This document shows, in pieces, positions 1-8,245 of a stretch of DNA of 52,290 nucleotides (the first letter of the stretch is position 1; each line of letters starts with the position of its first letter). This stretch comes from a virus (taxonomy: Duplodnaviria > Caudoviricetes). Under the pieces are notes generated by a model. The model was not told the origin of the DNA, did not search any database, and saw only the letters and a program-made list of their open reading frames with translations. The stretch is taken from the IMG/VR virus record IMGVR_UViG_3300024259_000046, positions 1 through 52,290 of that record. The stretch is one strand, 5' to 3'. A program made the translations under genes and the position numbers.

Positions 1-2335
1 CAATAACCCCGCGGTGGATATTGATGTGTTGGACGAGAATGTGTCAGCCCAGATGGTCGATTGGGTGTCCACGGAATATCCCGGGGGTCTGATACGGGTG
101 GGCCGCGCGCCAAAGACGCTATTGGCGTATCGTACAGACTCCCCATTCAGAAAAGTAAGAAGCGCAACGTACGAATCTCCAGATGGTAATAACCACGCTG
201 TTGAGATACTAAGTGACGGTCAGCAGTACGTCGCGTTTGCTGAACATCCTGATACCCTACAACCGTACGTTTGGAATGGTCAAAGCATCGTCGATGTCGA
301 GTCTGATGATCTACCGGCGATAGACGCCGACGATGCTTTGGCCATCGTGCGCGAATTCGAACGGGTCGCTGATGCGATTCCGGAATGGACAAAAATTCGG
401 GAGGGGACTGGTTCGACGTCGACCAGAGTGGGTAGCGCCGAAAGCGGTGAGGCCATGCTTGAGGGCGAACGCGCCACCAATTTTGCTACCCTTCGTCCCC
501 CTCTCGATATCACAACGCAACAGATACGACGAGACCTAGCATCGATTCAGTCCCGTGCCGACAACTACGATTCGTGGTTACAGGTTGGTATGGCACTGTG
601 GCACCAATTTGATGGTGATGAAGAAGGATTAGAACTGTGGGATGCGTGGTCGGCGTCTTCTGATGCGTACGACGGCGCAGATGCTCTACGTAGTAGATGG
701 TCGGGTCTACGCCCTGACCCCAGTAGACGTCCTACCACGTTTGCCACTGTTCGACGCTGGGCGAATCAGGAACGGATGGATGACGACCCCGAAATGGAGT
801 TCCTGCACAGGTATGTATACGTCGCGGATGGTGACTTTGTGCATGACCTTGCTGGCTCTCCACATGACAAACCTTTCGAAATGAAGGAGTTCCGGAACTT
901 TACGTCAAATATCAGGACGACTATTGAAGTGCCGGCTCCGATTGTTGCCAATGAAGATCGCACAGTTGAAAAAGTGGTACCTGTCCACAGTCAGTGGATG
1001 GTCTCGACCGAAAGAAAGTCCGCCAATGCCTTCACTTACGTACCCGGAGCCTCCAGAACCCTTCGTTCTGCCGATGGTAGACACTACATTAATCGATTCC
1101 ACACGCCGATTTTCCCCGACCCGTGCGCCGGTGACAGCCAGTGTGAGGAAGACCTTCTTGGACCCTTCTTTAGACATATCGAGTTCATTGTTCCAGTGGA
1201 GGTTGAACGAGAGTGGTTTATCTCGTGGATGTCGTACAACCTCCAATACCCCGGGAAACGTTGTAAGGTTACCCCGCTCCTCATTGCTACAGACCACGGT
1301 ACCGGAAGAGGGTGGATTGTTGCTCTGATGAATTTATTGTTGGGCTCTTGGAACTGTAGTAAAACGAAGATGAGCACCCTGAACGGCGACTCATCAGCCG
1401 GCCAGTACCAAGACTTTATGAACGAAACACTGCTATGCGCAGTTGAGGAGGTCAAAGATGCGGATAAACCCTATGGTGTACTCGACTCGATTCGCTCGTA
1501 TCTTACGGAAGACTCTCTTGAGATTAATCTTAAATATGGAGCTAAGGAAACTAAGCGCGTTTATACGAACTTTCTATGGAATTCGAACCATTCGGATGCA
1601 CTTGTCCTTAAGGCCGAAGACAGGCGAATAAACGTATTTAAAACGGAAGACGGACCGAAAGGAGCCGATTACTATGAAAGGTTATACAACTGGCTGGAAC
1701 CTTCTGGAGGAGAGTCTGATAATCTGCTGTACGGCGGTCAAGCTGGCGGGGCTATGTCTGATGCTCGTGGTAGTGTGCCTTCCATGGGAGGTGATCAAAC
1801 TGATCAGGAACTGGATGAGGACTTCTACGACCGGAATGGACTAAATGTCGGTCCCGGGGTGGCCTGCCTGTGGCACTATCTAATGAGAAGAGATTTATCC
1901 GGCTTCCGAGATAATCGGCCTATCGATAATAAAAGTAGGCGTGATCTCATAGAATCCTGCCAGACTGATGTCGAATCTCTCTTCTTAGAGATGGTGAAAT
2001 CTCCACCCGCACCGTTGATGACGATGTCAGAAATCCACCAATATCTGGAGTCTGAGAAGGAAAACTTTACCACTAGTGGTAATGATAATTTATCTATGTT
2101 TGGGGGTCTGTCTGACTCTGAAAAGAGACAAATTAAGAAGCTTTGTGGGCATCATTTGGGGCGTCAAGAACAGGTGAAAATCTCGTACAAAATTGTGAAA
2201 AACGTGGGACTCGATGGAGTCATGTGTGAGACCCGTGAGGCCCGAGAAAAACCGTGGAAGGTGCGAAGTTGGAGTTTTCGGAAGAATTGGAAGTACTCTG
2301 TTGAGGATATTCGGGAGATTTATGAGAGAAAGTGA
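1..2335 (+). CDS. Bifunctional primase-polymerase / PriCT-2 / SF3-type (DUF5906-like) helicase, 5'-truncated by the window
   Basis: Frame open from the window start (NNPAVDIDVLD prim-pol motif); PriCT-2-like YDSWLQVGMAL...WDAWS; P-loop-like HGTGRGW, AVEEV, and DRR motif. Confidence 0.85.
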   Translation, partial: NNPAVDIDVLDENVSAQMVDWVSTEYPGGLIRVGRAPKTLLAYRTDSPFRKVRSATYESPDGNNHAVEILSDGQQYVAFAEHPDTLQPYVWNGQSIVDVESDDLPAIDADDALAIVREFERVADAIPEWTKIREGTGSTSTRVGSAESGEAMLEGERATNFATLRPPLDITTQQIRRDLASIQSRADNYDSWLQVGMALWHQFDGDEEGLELWDAWSASSDAYDGADALRSRWSGLRPDPSRRPTTFATVRRWANQERMDDDPEMEFLHRYVYVADGDFVHDLAGSPHDKPFEMKEFRNFTSNIRTTIEVPAPIVANEDRTVEKVVPVHSQWMVSTERKSANAFTYVPGASRTLRSADGRHYINRFHTPIFPDPCAGDSQCEEDLLGPFFRHIEFIVPVEVEREWFISWMSYNLQYPGKRCKVTPLLIATDHGTGRGWIVALMNLLLGSWNCSKTKMSTLNGDSSAGQYQDFMNETLLCAVEEVKDADKPYGVLDSIRSYLTEDSLEINLKYGAKETKRVYTNFLWNSNHSDALVLKAEDRRINVFKTEDGPKGADYYERLYNWLEPSGGESDNLLYGGQAGGAMSDARGSVPSMGGDQTDQELDEDFYDRNGLNVGPGVACLWHYLMRRDLSGFRDNRPIDNKSRRDLIESCQTDVESLFLEMVKSPPAPLMTMSEIHQYLESEKENFTTSGNDNLSMFGGLSDSEKRQIKKLCGHHLGRQEQVKISYKIVKNVGLDGVMCETREAREKPWKVRSWSFRKNWKYSVEDIREIYERK

Positions 2336-2520
2336 CTTTTTCTCTTTTTCAGGTCTCACACTTGAGATGTAGTGAGGCCTGACTTAACTTTTTGTTTATA
2401 ATATTTTATGGGTTTTCTTCTAGGACTCACACTAACCTTAAAACCTATATGAATTTTGATTAACTTGAGATTACTATAAGTCTTGGGAACGTAGTGAGTC
2501 CTGAGTTCGTGAGTCCTGAG
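2226..2520. repeat. Putative replication origin: GTGAGNCCY iterons in both orientations around AT-rich tracts
   Basis: Copies at 2226, 2235, 2351(rc), 2372, 2422(rc), 2494, 2509, at the primase 3' end and just downstream. Confidence 0.5.
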
Positions 2521-2551
2521 GGAAAATAACAACGTCAGAAATGGAGGAAAT

Positions 2552-3046
2552 ATGGAAGACTCTTTTGAAGATTTGAACGAAAGAAACCGTAATTATATTG
2601 CGGATGCAAATAACCGGAACCTAATGGAGAAACTCACAGATTTTGGTACGGGGGCGACCAGATGTTCCGATGCAGATGAGGAGAGATTTGATTTAATTTC
2701 TCCTTACTTTCTACAGAGGCTTTCAAAAATTATGGCACAGGGGGCAGAAACTCATGGGGAAGATAACTGGAGATTGGGGATTCCGATATCCGTTACTTTG
2801 AACCATTTGGAAAGACACCTGAACCAGTGGAAGCGGGATGTTCTTTCGGGTGAGATAGCAACAGAGGACCACTTAGCCAAAGTGGCCTTTGGCATCATGG
2901 CGATATGTCACTATCAAGCTGTGGGTCCATTAAAGTGGGGTAGCTTTACAGATAAGGATAGGTTGAAGGACTACCTTGGGTTTGGTAGTAAAGAGCCTCA
3001 AATCGAATCTGAGGCGGGCAGTTCTAGTAAATCGGCCACTTCTTGA
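2552..3046 (+). CDS. dATP/dGTP diphosphohydrolase-like (DUF5664-type) protein
   Basis: GAETHGEDNWRLG...HLERHL...EDHLAKVAFG motifs; GGAGG RBS. Confidence 0.75.
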   Translation: MEDSFEDLNERNRNYIADANNRNLMEKLTDFGTGATRCSDADEERFDLISPYFLQRLSKIMAQGAETHGEDNWRLGIPISVTLNHLERHLNQWKRDVLSGEIATEDHLAKVAFGIMAICHYQAVGPLKWGSFTDKDRLKDYLGFGSKEPQIESEAGSSSKSATS

Positions 3047-3279
3047 GAAATCGTGAGCTTCTTTCCTAGTAAATACCGCTCACGGATTCGTTGTAAAAAG
3101 TTTTTTACATTGTTCTTCTTTGTCACTGGTATTTCGATCATCCTTCTTTCTTCTTCTCTTGGTATCTTCTCAATGCGAGGGGGGTAGTCCATTGTGATAA
3201 TGCGGGTGAATTTCCTCCCGGTGTCAATGTGGACTACCACCCTAGTATTGAACTGGGATGTGTAGCGAACTAATTTCAT
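2998..3279 (-). CDS. Hypothetical protein
   Basis: 93-aa ORF with AAGGA RBS, in the leftward cluster. Confidence 0.6.
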   Translation of the reverse strand: MKLVRYTSQFNTRVVVHIDTGRKFTRIITMDYPPRIEKIPREEERRMIEIPVTKKNNVKNFLQRIRERYLLGKKLTISQEVADLLELPASDSI

Positions 3280-3425
3280 ACATTATCCTTTATGTTTTAA
3301 GGCTCTTAATTTGTTTTGGTATTTCAATAACAGGCCCGCTATTAAATTCCAGTCCCTAGATGGGCCGCATCTCAAATTAGCTCTATAATAATCAATTTGG
3401 GATTGGTAGAAGTCTTTTTTATTCA

Positions 3426-4094
3426 TTACTCTACATCCTGTACAAAGCCGGAATAGTCTTTCTTCGCTTTCCCTTTTGCAGTAAGCGCGACTATTCGATT
3501 CTTGGGATCGAGGAAGCGTAGGTCGTGATCATCCCCGTCAATAACTTTTATTCCATTCCACGTTTTCTTGGTGTACTTTTCACGAAAGACTACAGCAACG
3601 TTGAAACCTTTGTTGATGTAATACTTAACACAGTTGGGGGTGTTGTTTTTCCCATAGCTGAATGTTAAGTGATAGTTTTTCAGTTTCTTTTCTGACAGGT
3701 AAAGTTTCGAATAATCATAAAACTGAATGGTGGGAAATTTCTTGATAGTTGCTAGCCAGTTTAGATCGGACGTTCCGTTTAACCTGATTGCTACCTTCAT
3801 ACCTTTTTTCTGTGCAAGCTTGTCAAGGTTTGAAATCTCTTTGTGTAGTAAAGCAAGGAATAGGTCACGTTCTTCAAAATACATTTTTGTGCGTTTGATT
3901 CGTGCTTCTTGGGTCTTAGTAAATGCGCCTCGGCCAGCAGTGTTCAAGCATGCCGCTTCGCATCCCGCCTTCTTTGCCATTGGGCAAACATGATACCAGC
4001 TCGACTTTGCCGGGGCGAGGTGGAGGATACCTGTCAAGTATCCTTTGGCTTCACCCTTCATGGTTTTGGGGTTTGATACGGTTAGTAATCTCAT
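3426..4094 (-). CDS. GP88-like protein (radical-SAM-like Cys cluster)
   Basis: CPMAKKAGCEAACLNTAGRG, RLNGTSD, FYDYSK, DGDDHDLRFLD motifs. Confidence 0.75.
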   Translation of the reverse strand: MRLLTVSNPKTMKGEAKGYLTGILHLAPAKSSWYHVCPMAKKAGCEAACLNTAGRGAFTKTQEARIKRTKMYFEERDLFLALLHKEISNLDKLAQKKGMKVAIRLNGTSDLNWLATIKKFPTIQFYDYSKLYLSEKKLKNYHLTFSYGKNNTPNCVKYYINKGFNVAVVFREKYTKKTWNGIKVIDGDDHDLRFLDPKNRIVALTAKGKAKKDYSGFVQDVE

Positions 4095-4106
4095 TGTAAA
4101 TTCCTT

Positions 4107-4178
4107 TAGTAAAATGGCTAGTAAATCCGCTAGTAAACACGCTAGTAAACACGCTAGTAAACTAGCTAGTAAATTAGC
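4107..4178. repeat. Six tandem 12-bp repeats TAGTAAANNNGC
   Basis: Units at 4107, 4119, 4131, 4143, 4155, 4167, directly upstream of the GP88-like gene. Confidence 0.9.
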
Positions 4179-4272
4179 ATTTCACTACCAGATAGCATTG
4201 CCCTGTAAAACTCTATTGAAGTATAAAACATTCCTGAAACTGTGAATGTAACATTTAAAACTAAAGGAAAGC

Positions 4273-4298
4273 GGGAACCCCTATGCAAGCGGGTTCCC
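4273..4298 (-). terminator. Probable intrinsic terminator / hairpin
   Basis: GGGAACCC-10nt-GGGTTCCC with a U-rich run on the minus strand, after the 4317 gene. Confidence 0.5.
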
Positions 4299-4316
4299 TG
4301 TATTGCGGTTAGTATG

Positions 4317-5345
4317 TTAGGAGATTTCTATATACTCTGATTCTGAAATCTCAACTTGACGGGAATCAACCAATCCAGAATCTTGAACAGGTTGAGAATT
4401 GAGGAATTTGAATTTGCTAGGATATTTAATCCCGACTGGAAGGTTGAACAATCCGGCATCATTTAAGGGCCAATATAATTGACTTTGCAATTTTGCTTTT
4501 ACTTCGCTGGAATTTTGCTTTTCACCGAACAAGGTGCAAGCATTAAACAAACGATAAGCGGTTTGCTCTTCGTTGCGAAACCACGGATTTGACAAATCAT
4601 TATAGTAATTTGTAATTTCCTTAACATTAGAACCGGATAAGATATTATTCATTATCCCACTATGCATAAATTTTGCAACTTGTTCAGGGCTAACGGGGGT
4701 TTGTTGCATCTGAATTATATCGTTATTCAAACCGTTATAAACCTGACTAGCACTATTCAAACCACGAATAAGCATATCTCGAATATCGAGGTTTTTGGTA
4801 TGTTTGTGGGATACTTTGAAAAATTCAAAAGTCCCCGACATACCGTTTAAACATTGCAATTCCCAACCAAAAAGCGAAACATTGAACGCCCGCCTTTGAG
4901 CAACACTACCGGAAATGGATAAGGCATATTGCCCGTTACCTCTTGCCAGTGTTTGTAATTCCCTTTTTCCTTCAACCTCTTTATAGATATTAACAGGGAT
5001 TTCAAACTTATATTCTGTGTTACCTTTTCCCCAATGGGAAACACGACCAAAGGAACTAATTTCTGTTTCCCGGTCGTGCTTATCATCCCCGCCTAGTCTT
5101 TCAATATCAGTTGGCTGAATGATAATCTTGTTAGCATTTCCAAAGGGCGAATCAAGAAAAGCAAGACCGCCTTGGTCGTTTTCCTTAAAGACGTTTTGTA
5201 ACATTTCATTTACTTCCAAAGGTGTAACAATCTGGTGACGTTTACCCGGTTCAATGGTATCCGTTGAAACATTTAGATTTTCAAGGTCTTCAATATTTCT
5301 ACTTGTACGGGTTCCAGTGGTACGGGTTCTAGTGGTCGTTTCCAT
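4317..5345 (-). CDS. DUF932/DUF945-like protein
   Basis: ELQCLNGM and HKHTKN motifs, terminal TAYRLFNACT helix pattern. Confidence 0.55.
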   Translation of the reverse strand: METTTRTRTTGTRTSRNIEDLENLNVSTDTIEPGKRHQIVTPLEVNEMLQNVFKENDQGGLAFLDSPFGNANKIIIQPTDIERLGGDDKHDRETEISSFGRVSHWGKGNTEYKFEIPVNIYKEVEGKRELQTLARGNGQYALSISGSVAQRRAFNVSLFGWELQCLNGMSGTFEFFKVSHKHTKNLDIRDMLIRGLNSASQVYNGLNNDIIQMQQTPVSPEQVAKFMHSGIMNNILSGSNVKEITNYYNDLSNPWFRNEEQTAYRLFNACTLFGEKQNSSEVKAKLQSQLYWPLNDAGLFNLPVGIKYPSKFKFLNSQPVQDSGLVDSRQVEISESEYIEIS

Positions 5346-5384
5346 TTTGTTTTATCCTTCAATAGAATTTTACAGGGTTCGTTC

Positions 5385-5692
5385 TAATCTACTCAATAGA
5401 AGGAAGGAAAAGATTATAGAAATTCTAAACAGTTTGTTTTTGCGTTTCGATATTTCAATCCGGTACAGCCGTATGATTGCCCGATACTGTCTAAGGGTTC
5501 AAAACTCGAATCGTCGTCGCTATATCCTTCAAAATATAGTTCGTTATCATCATCATAAAGTCTGAAAAAATAAGGGAATTTGGATCTTTGTTCGGGGGTT
5601 ATTTTTACGGGGGTTTGTTCGTCTATTATGTTATGAGTTATTATAAACATGTTACCCCTTTGGGAAATTCCTTCCTTCTATAGAGTAGATTA
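5385..5692. repeat. 25-bp inverted repeat (24/25 identical) flanking a small ORF
   Basis: TAATCTACTCAATAGAAGGAAGGAA (5385-5409) versus TTCCTTCCTTCTATAGAGTAGATTA (5668-5692). Confidence 0.9.
5414..5650 (-). CDS. Hypothetical acidic protein
   Basis: 78-aa ORF, FRLYDDDNELYFEG motif, first gene of the leftward cluster. Confidence 0.65.
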   Translation of the reverse strand: MFIITHNIIDEQTPVKITPEQRSKFPYFFRLYDDDNELYFEGYSDDDSSFEPLDSIGQSYGCTGLKYRNAKTNCLEFL

Positions 5693-5955
5693 AAACGTTT
5701 GGTAATATAGGCCTTTCATGGCAGTCTTATAAACCGCTAACACCCATTCCAATAGCATCTAAAACGATTAGCCGTACAAACCTGTAACATCTCTAATCCA
5801 GAATCCCGCTATTGATAACACTTTCAGGCGGTTATAACCTTCTAATCGGCTCTTATGTTACAGCAAGGTCAAAGTCACCTATCAGGTACAAGGGCTGTAA
5901 CTCCGGTCTAACTTCCACGCCCTAACTCGCTTGCTTGCCTTCTATCCTTATATAA

Positions 5956-5972
5956 TGCAAACCACGTGCCAA
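5956..5972 (-). promoter_or_regulatory. sigma54 (RpoN) -24/-12 promoter facing the leftward gene cluster
   Basis: Minus strand TTGGCACGTGGTTTGCA matches consensus YTGGCACG-N4-TTGCW. Confidence 0.8.
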
Positions 5973-6023
5973 ACTCATAAACCCTTATAAAACAAGGGTT
6001 ATCGTTTTAAGCACCTGTGGAAA

Positions 6024-6355
6024 CGCTATAAAATGTAGCACTATTTCGTGCCTGTTTAGACACAGTGAAATAAATCCTTTGTTATCAACGACTTAACGTG
6101 CCTCAAAATGAAGCACCAGAAATGGTAAATGCTACAAAATGAAGCAAATTCAAAATATTGACAGGGGTGTATGAATTTTCATAACAAAGCGTCACAATAT
6201 TGACGATATTTATCTAAAATCATATACTTCAAAACATCCGATAAAATAAGATAAGAATATGATGGACTTTTTGACGGTGTATAGATTTAGATAAATGATA
6301 ATTACAAAATCATACACCTGTCTCAATATGAGACGACTTGTCTCAAAATGAGACG
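6024..6355. promoter_or_regulatory. Cluster of 16-17-bp palindromes (Fis/NtrC-family enhancer-like) plus an IHF-like site
   Basis: CGCTATAAAATGTAGCA 6024, TGCCTCAAAATGAAGCA 6099, TGCTACAAAATGAAGCA 6130, CGTCACAATATTGACG 6190, TGTCTCAATATGAGACG 6319, TGTCTCAAAATGAGACG 6339; TATCAACGACTTA 6083-6095 fits WATCAANNNNTTR. Confidence 0.6.
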
Positions 6356-6492
6356 CTCTTAAATGCCGTTGTTTAAACAAAGAATATTTTCTAAGGGTAA
6401 CATAAGGGGGCGATTTGAACCGAGCGAAATAAAGACACAGACGCTTAGAATCGACAAACTCACCTTATCACCTTATCACTATCACTATCGCT

Positions 6493-6622
6493 TTGGCATG
6501 ATTCGTGATAAAGCAATAATCGTGCCAAACCTATGACAGCTTATTGGTATGATACTTGCAAGGTGCAATACCTATGCCAGCTTATTGGTATGATAATTGC
6601 AGGGATGCAAGGGTCGTGCCTT
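6493..6622. promoter_or_regulatory. Six sigma54-type boxes in three head-to-head pairs
   Basis: +6493 (degenerate), -6512..6528, +6544..6560, -6564..6580, +6585..6601, -6606..6622; five have GG-N10-GC. Confidence 0.7.
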
Positions 6623-6762
6623 CATGGTGATATAGTTATGAAGTGAATTATCGTTTTTCCGATATAGCGACCCGGCCCCCCAAGCCCACCGCCCCATGCC
6701 AAATTTATATCTTTTGTATACGAAAATTTTGGAAATTCAAAAGGCACCCCCCTAAATAACTA

Positions 6763-6792
6763 TTGACCCACCCCCCTAAATTATGTTATCAT
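6763..6792 (+). promoter_or_regulatory. sigma70-type promoter
   Basis: TTGACC-18-TATCAT with extended TG. Confidence 0.5.
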
Positions 6793-6823
6793 CCAATAAC
6801 AATAATTTTTTGGGGCAACACAA

Positions 6824-7591
6824 ATGGAATTGATAAAAGACGGTGGGAGGATGTGTACAATGTCTCCCGAGGAGAGGTTCGATATAAAATATTCCGAGAA
6901 TTCTAATGGTTGCTGGGAGTGGCTCGGAAACATGAAAAACCATAGGACGGCCACTTTCATGGTTCGGGGAGAAAAATACCCCGCGTCTAAATTTTCTTAT
7001 GAGAGATTTGTCGGCCCAGTCCCAAAAGGTATGTTTATACAAAAAACATGCAATAACTCCCGGTGTGTTAACCCCAAACATTTGATTTTATCCCAATCTG
7101 CCACTGGGGGTAAAACACTGACCCACAAAATCCCGGAGTTTTGCCGAAGGGGTCATAAATATGAACCGGTTTACCGACCGCCGGGGTCGGGAAAAAACAG
7201 AGCGTGTAGAGAATGCCGAGCGGAAGATAAAAGAAACACAAAACAGCGCGCTCGGGTAAAGTATCTTTCTGAAACCCTGTCGAAATATAACAGTGTTAAC
7301 AAAATAACATCAGACAAATTATTAGAACATTCCGTTCAACTGGATGTGGGGCATTGTGTGTATTTTCTTTTCGACGACAGCGAAATTGTTTATATAGGCA
7401 GATCAGGGAATGGCCCCTTTAGGCGATTGGCAGACCATCTTATGAAGAAAAAAATGATCTTTGACAAGATGGCCTTCATATTATGCACTGAGAAGGAATC
7501 GTCTACAATCGAAGCGGCTTATATAAACGCCCACAACCCCAAGTATAACATAGCCAAGATAAATTTAGATTTTTTGCAAAAAAGTGCTTGA
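6824..7591 (+). CDS. Chimeric HNH-like/Zn-finger + GIY-YIG endonuclease
   Basis: CWEWLG...TCNNSRCVNPKHL; CRRGH...CRECR; VYFLF...VYIGRS...RLADH...E...NPKYN. Confidence 0.75.
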   Translation: MELIKDGGRMCTMSPEERFDIKYSENSNGCWEWLGNMKNHRTATFMVRGEKYPASKFSYERFVGPVPKGMFIQKTCNNSRCVNPKHLILSQSATGGKTLTHKIPEFCRRGHKYEPVYRPPGSGKNRACRECRAEDKRNTKQRARVKYLSETLSKYNSVNKITSDKLLEHSVQLDVGHCVYFLFDDSEIVYIGRSGNGPFRRLADHLMKKKMIFDKMAFILCTEKESSTIEAAYINAHNPKYNIAKINLDFLQKSA

Positions 7592-7616
7592 CACCCTATA
7601 GGGGGTAGTGTAGGAT
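7588..7616 (+). promoter_or_regulatory. sigma70 promoter of the tRNA operon
   Basis: TTGACA-17-TAGGAT, 15 nt before the first tRNA. Confidence 0.8.
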
Positions 7617-7631
7617 GGGTCTAGAAAATTT

Positions 7632-7706
7632 GCTCGTATCGTCTAACGACCAAGACACCTGTTTTGTAATCAGGTAATCAGGGTTTGATTCCTTGTATGA
7701 GCTCCA
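7632..7706 (+). tRNA. tRNA-Thr(UGU)
   Basis: Cloverleaf, loop ttTGTaa, encoded CCA. Confidence 0.85.
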
Positions 7707-7710
7707 ATTC

Positions 7711-7800
7711 GGAAGATTGACTGAGTCTGGCTTAAGGTTCCCGTTTTGAAAACGGATGGTGGTCAAACACCCGTGGGTTCGAATCCTACATCTTCCTCCA
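7711..7800 (+). tRNA. tRNA-Ser(UGA)
   Basis: Loop ttTGAaa, long variable arm, CCA. Confidence 0.92.
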
Positions 7801-7804
7801 ATTC

Positions 7805-7890
7805 GGTAGGTTGGCAGAGTGGTAATGCACCCGGTTGCTAACCGGCACGCCGTCAAAGGCGCAGAGGTTCGATCCCTCTACCTACCTCCA
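7805..7890 (+). tRNA. tRNA-Ser(GCU)
   Basis: Loop ttGCTaa, long variable arm, CCA. Confidence 0.92.
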
Positions 7891-7946
7891 TAAGAGAACC
7901 GTGGAACGGGACTGATAACCACATGAAAAACTAATCCCACATATTC

Positions 7947-8021
7947 GATGCTCTGGCTGATTGGTCAGGCACCAGCTTGCAAAGCTGGCACAACTCGGTT
8001 CGATTCCGAGGGGCATCTCCA
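7947..8021 (+). tRNA. tRNA-Cys(GCA)
   Basis: Loop ttGCAaa, U73, CCA. Confidence 0.9.
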
Positions 8022-8025
8022 ATAC

Positions 8026-8113
8026 GTAGTCTACGGGAATGGTTCCCAAGCCGGCTGTAACCCGGCGGCTTCCGAAAGGGGCACAGGTGGTTCGACTCCA
8101 TCCGGCTACACCA
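8026..8113 (+). tRNA. tRNA-Tyr(GUA)
   Basis: Loop ctGTAac, long variable arm, CCA. Confidence 0.88.
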
Positions 8114-8121
8114 ATTAGTTG

Positions 8122-8150
8122 TTGACAAGTGTTGACAACAAGAGTAGTAT
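8122..8150 (+). promoter_or_regulatory. Internal sigma70 promoter in the tRNA array
   Basis: TTGACA-17-TAGTAT, 16 nt before tRNA-Ala. Confidence 0.8.
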
Positions 8151-8166
8151 TAGTTTTAGAAATTAT

Positions 8167-8245
8167 GGGGCATGGGACTGCATGCGGTGGTCACTTGTTT
8201 TGCAATCAAGATATCAGCGGGGTTGGATTCCCTGATGCTCCACCA
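8167..8245 (+). tRNA. tRNA-Ala(UGC)
   Basis: G3:U70 pair, loop ttTGCaa, CCA. Confidence 0.85.

Noticed and set aside
2552-3046. 2-aminoadenine (Z) genome pathway
   Set aside because: Only the diphosphohydrolase-like gene is present; no PurZ in the window
4045-4245. Plus-strand ORF with ASKH repeats
   Set aside because: It arises from the 12-bp repeat, is antisense to the leftward cluster and has no RBS
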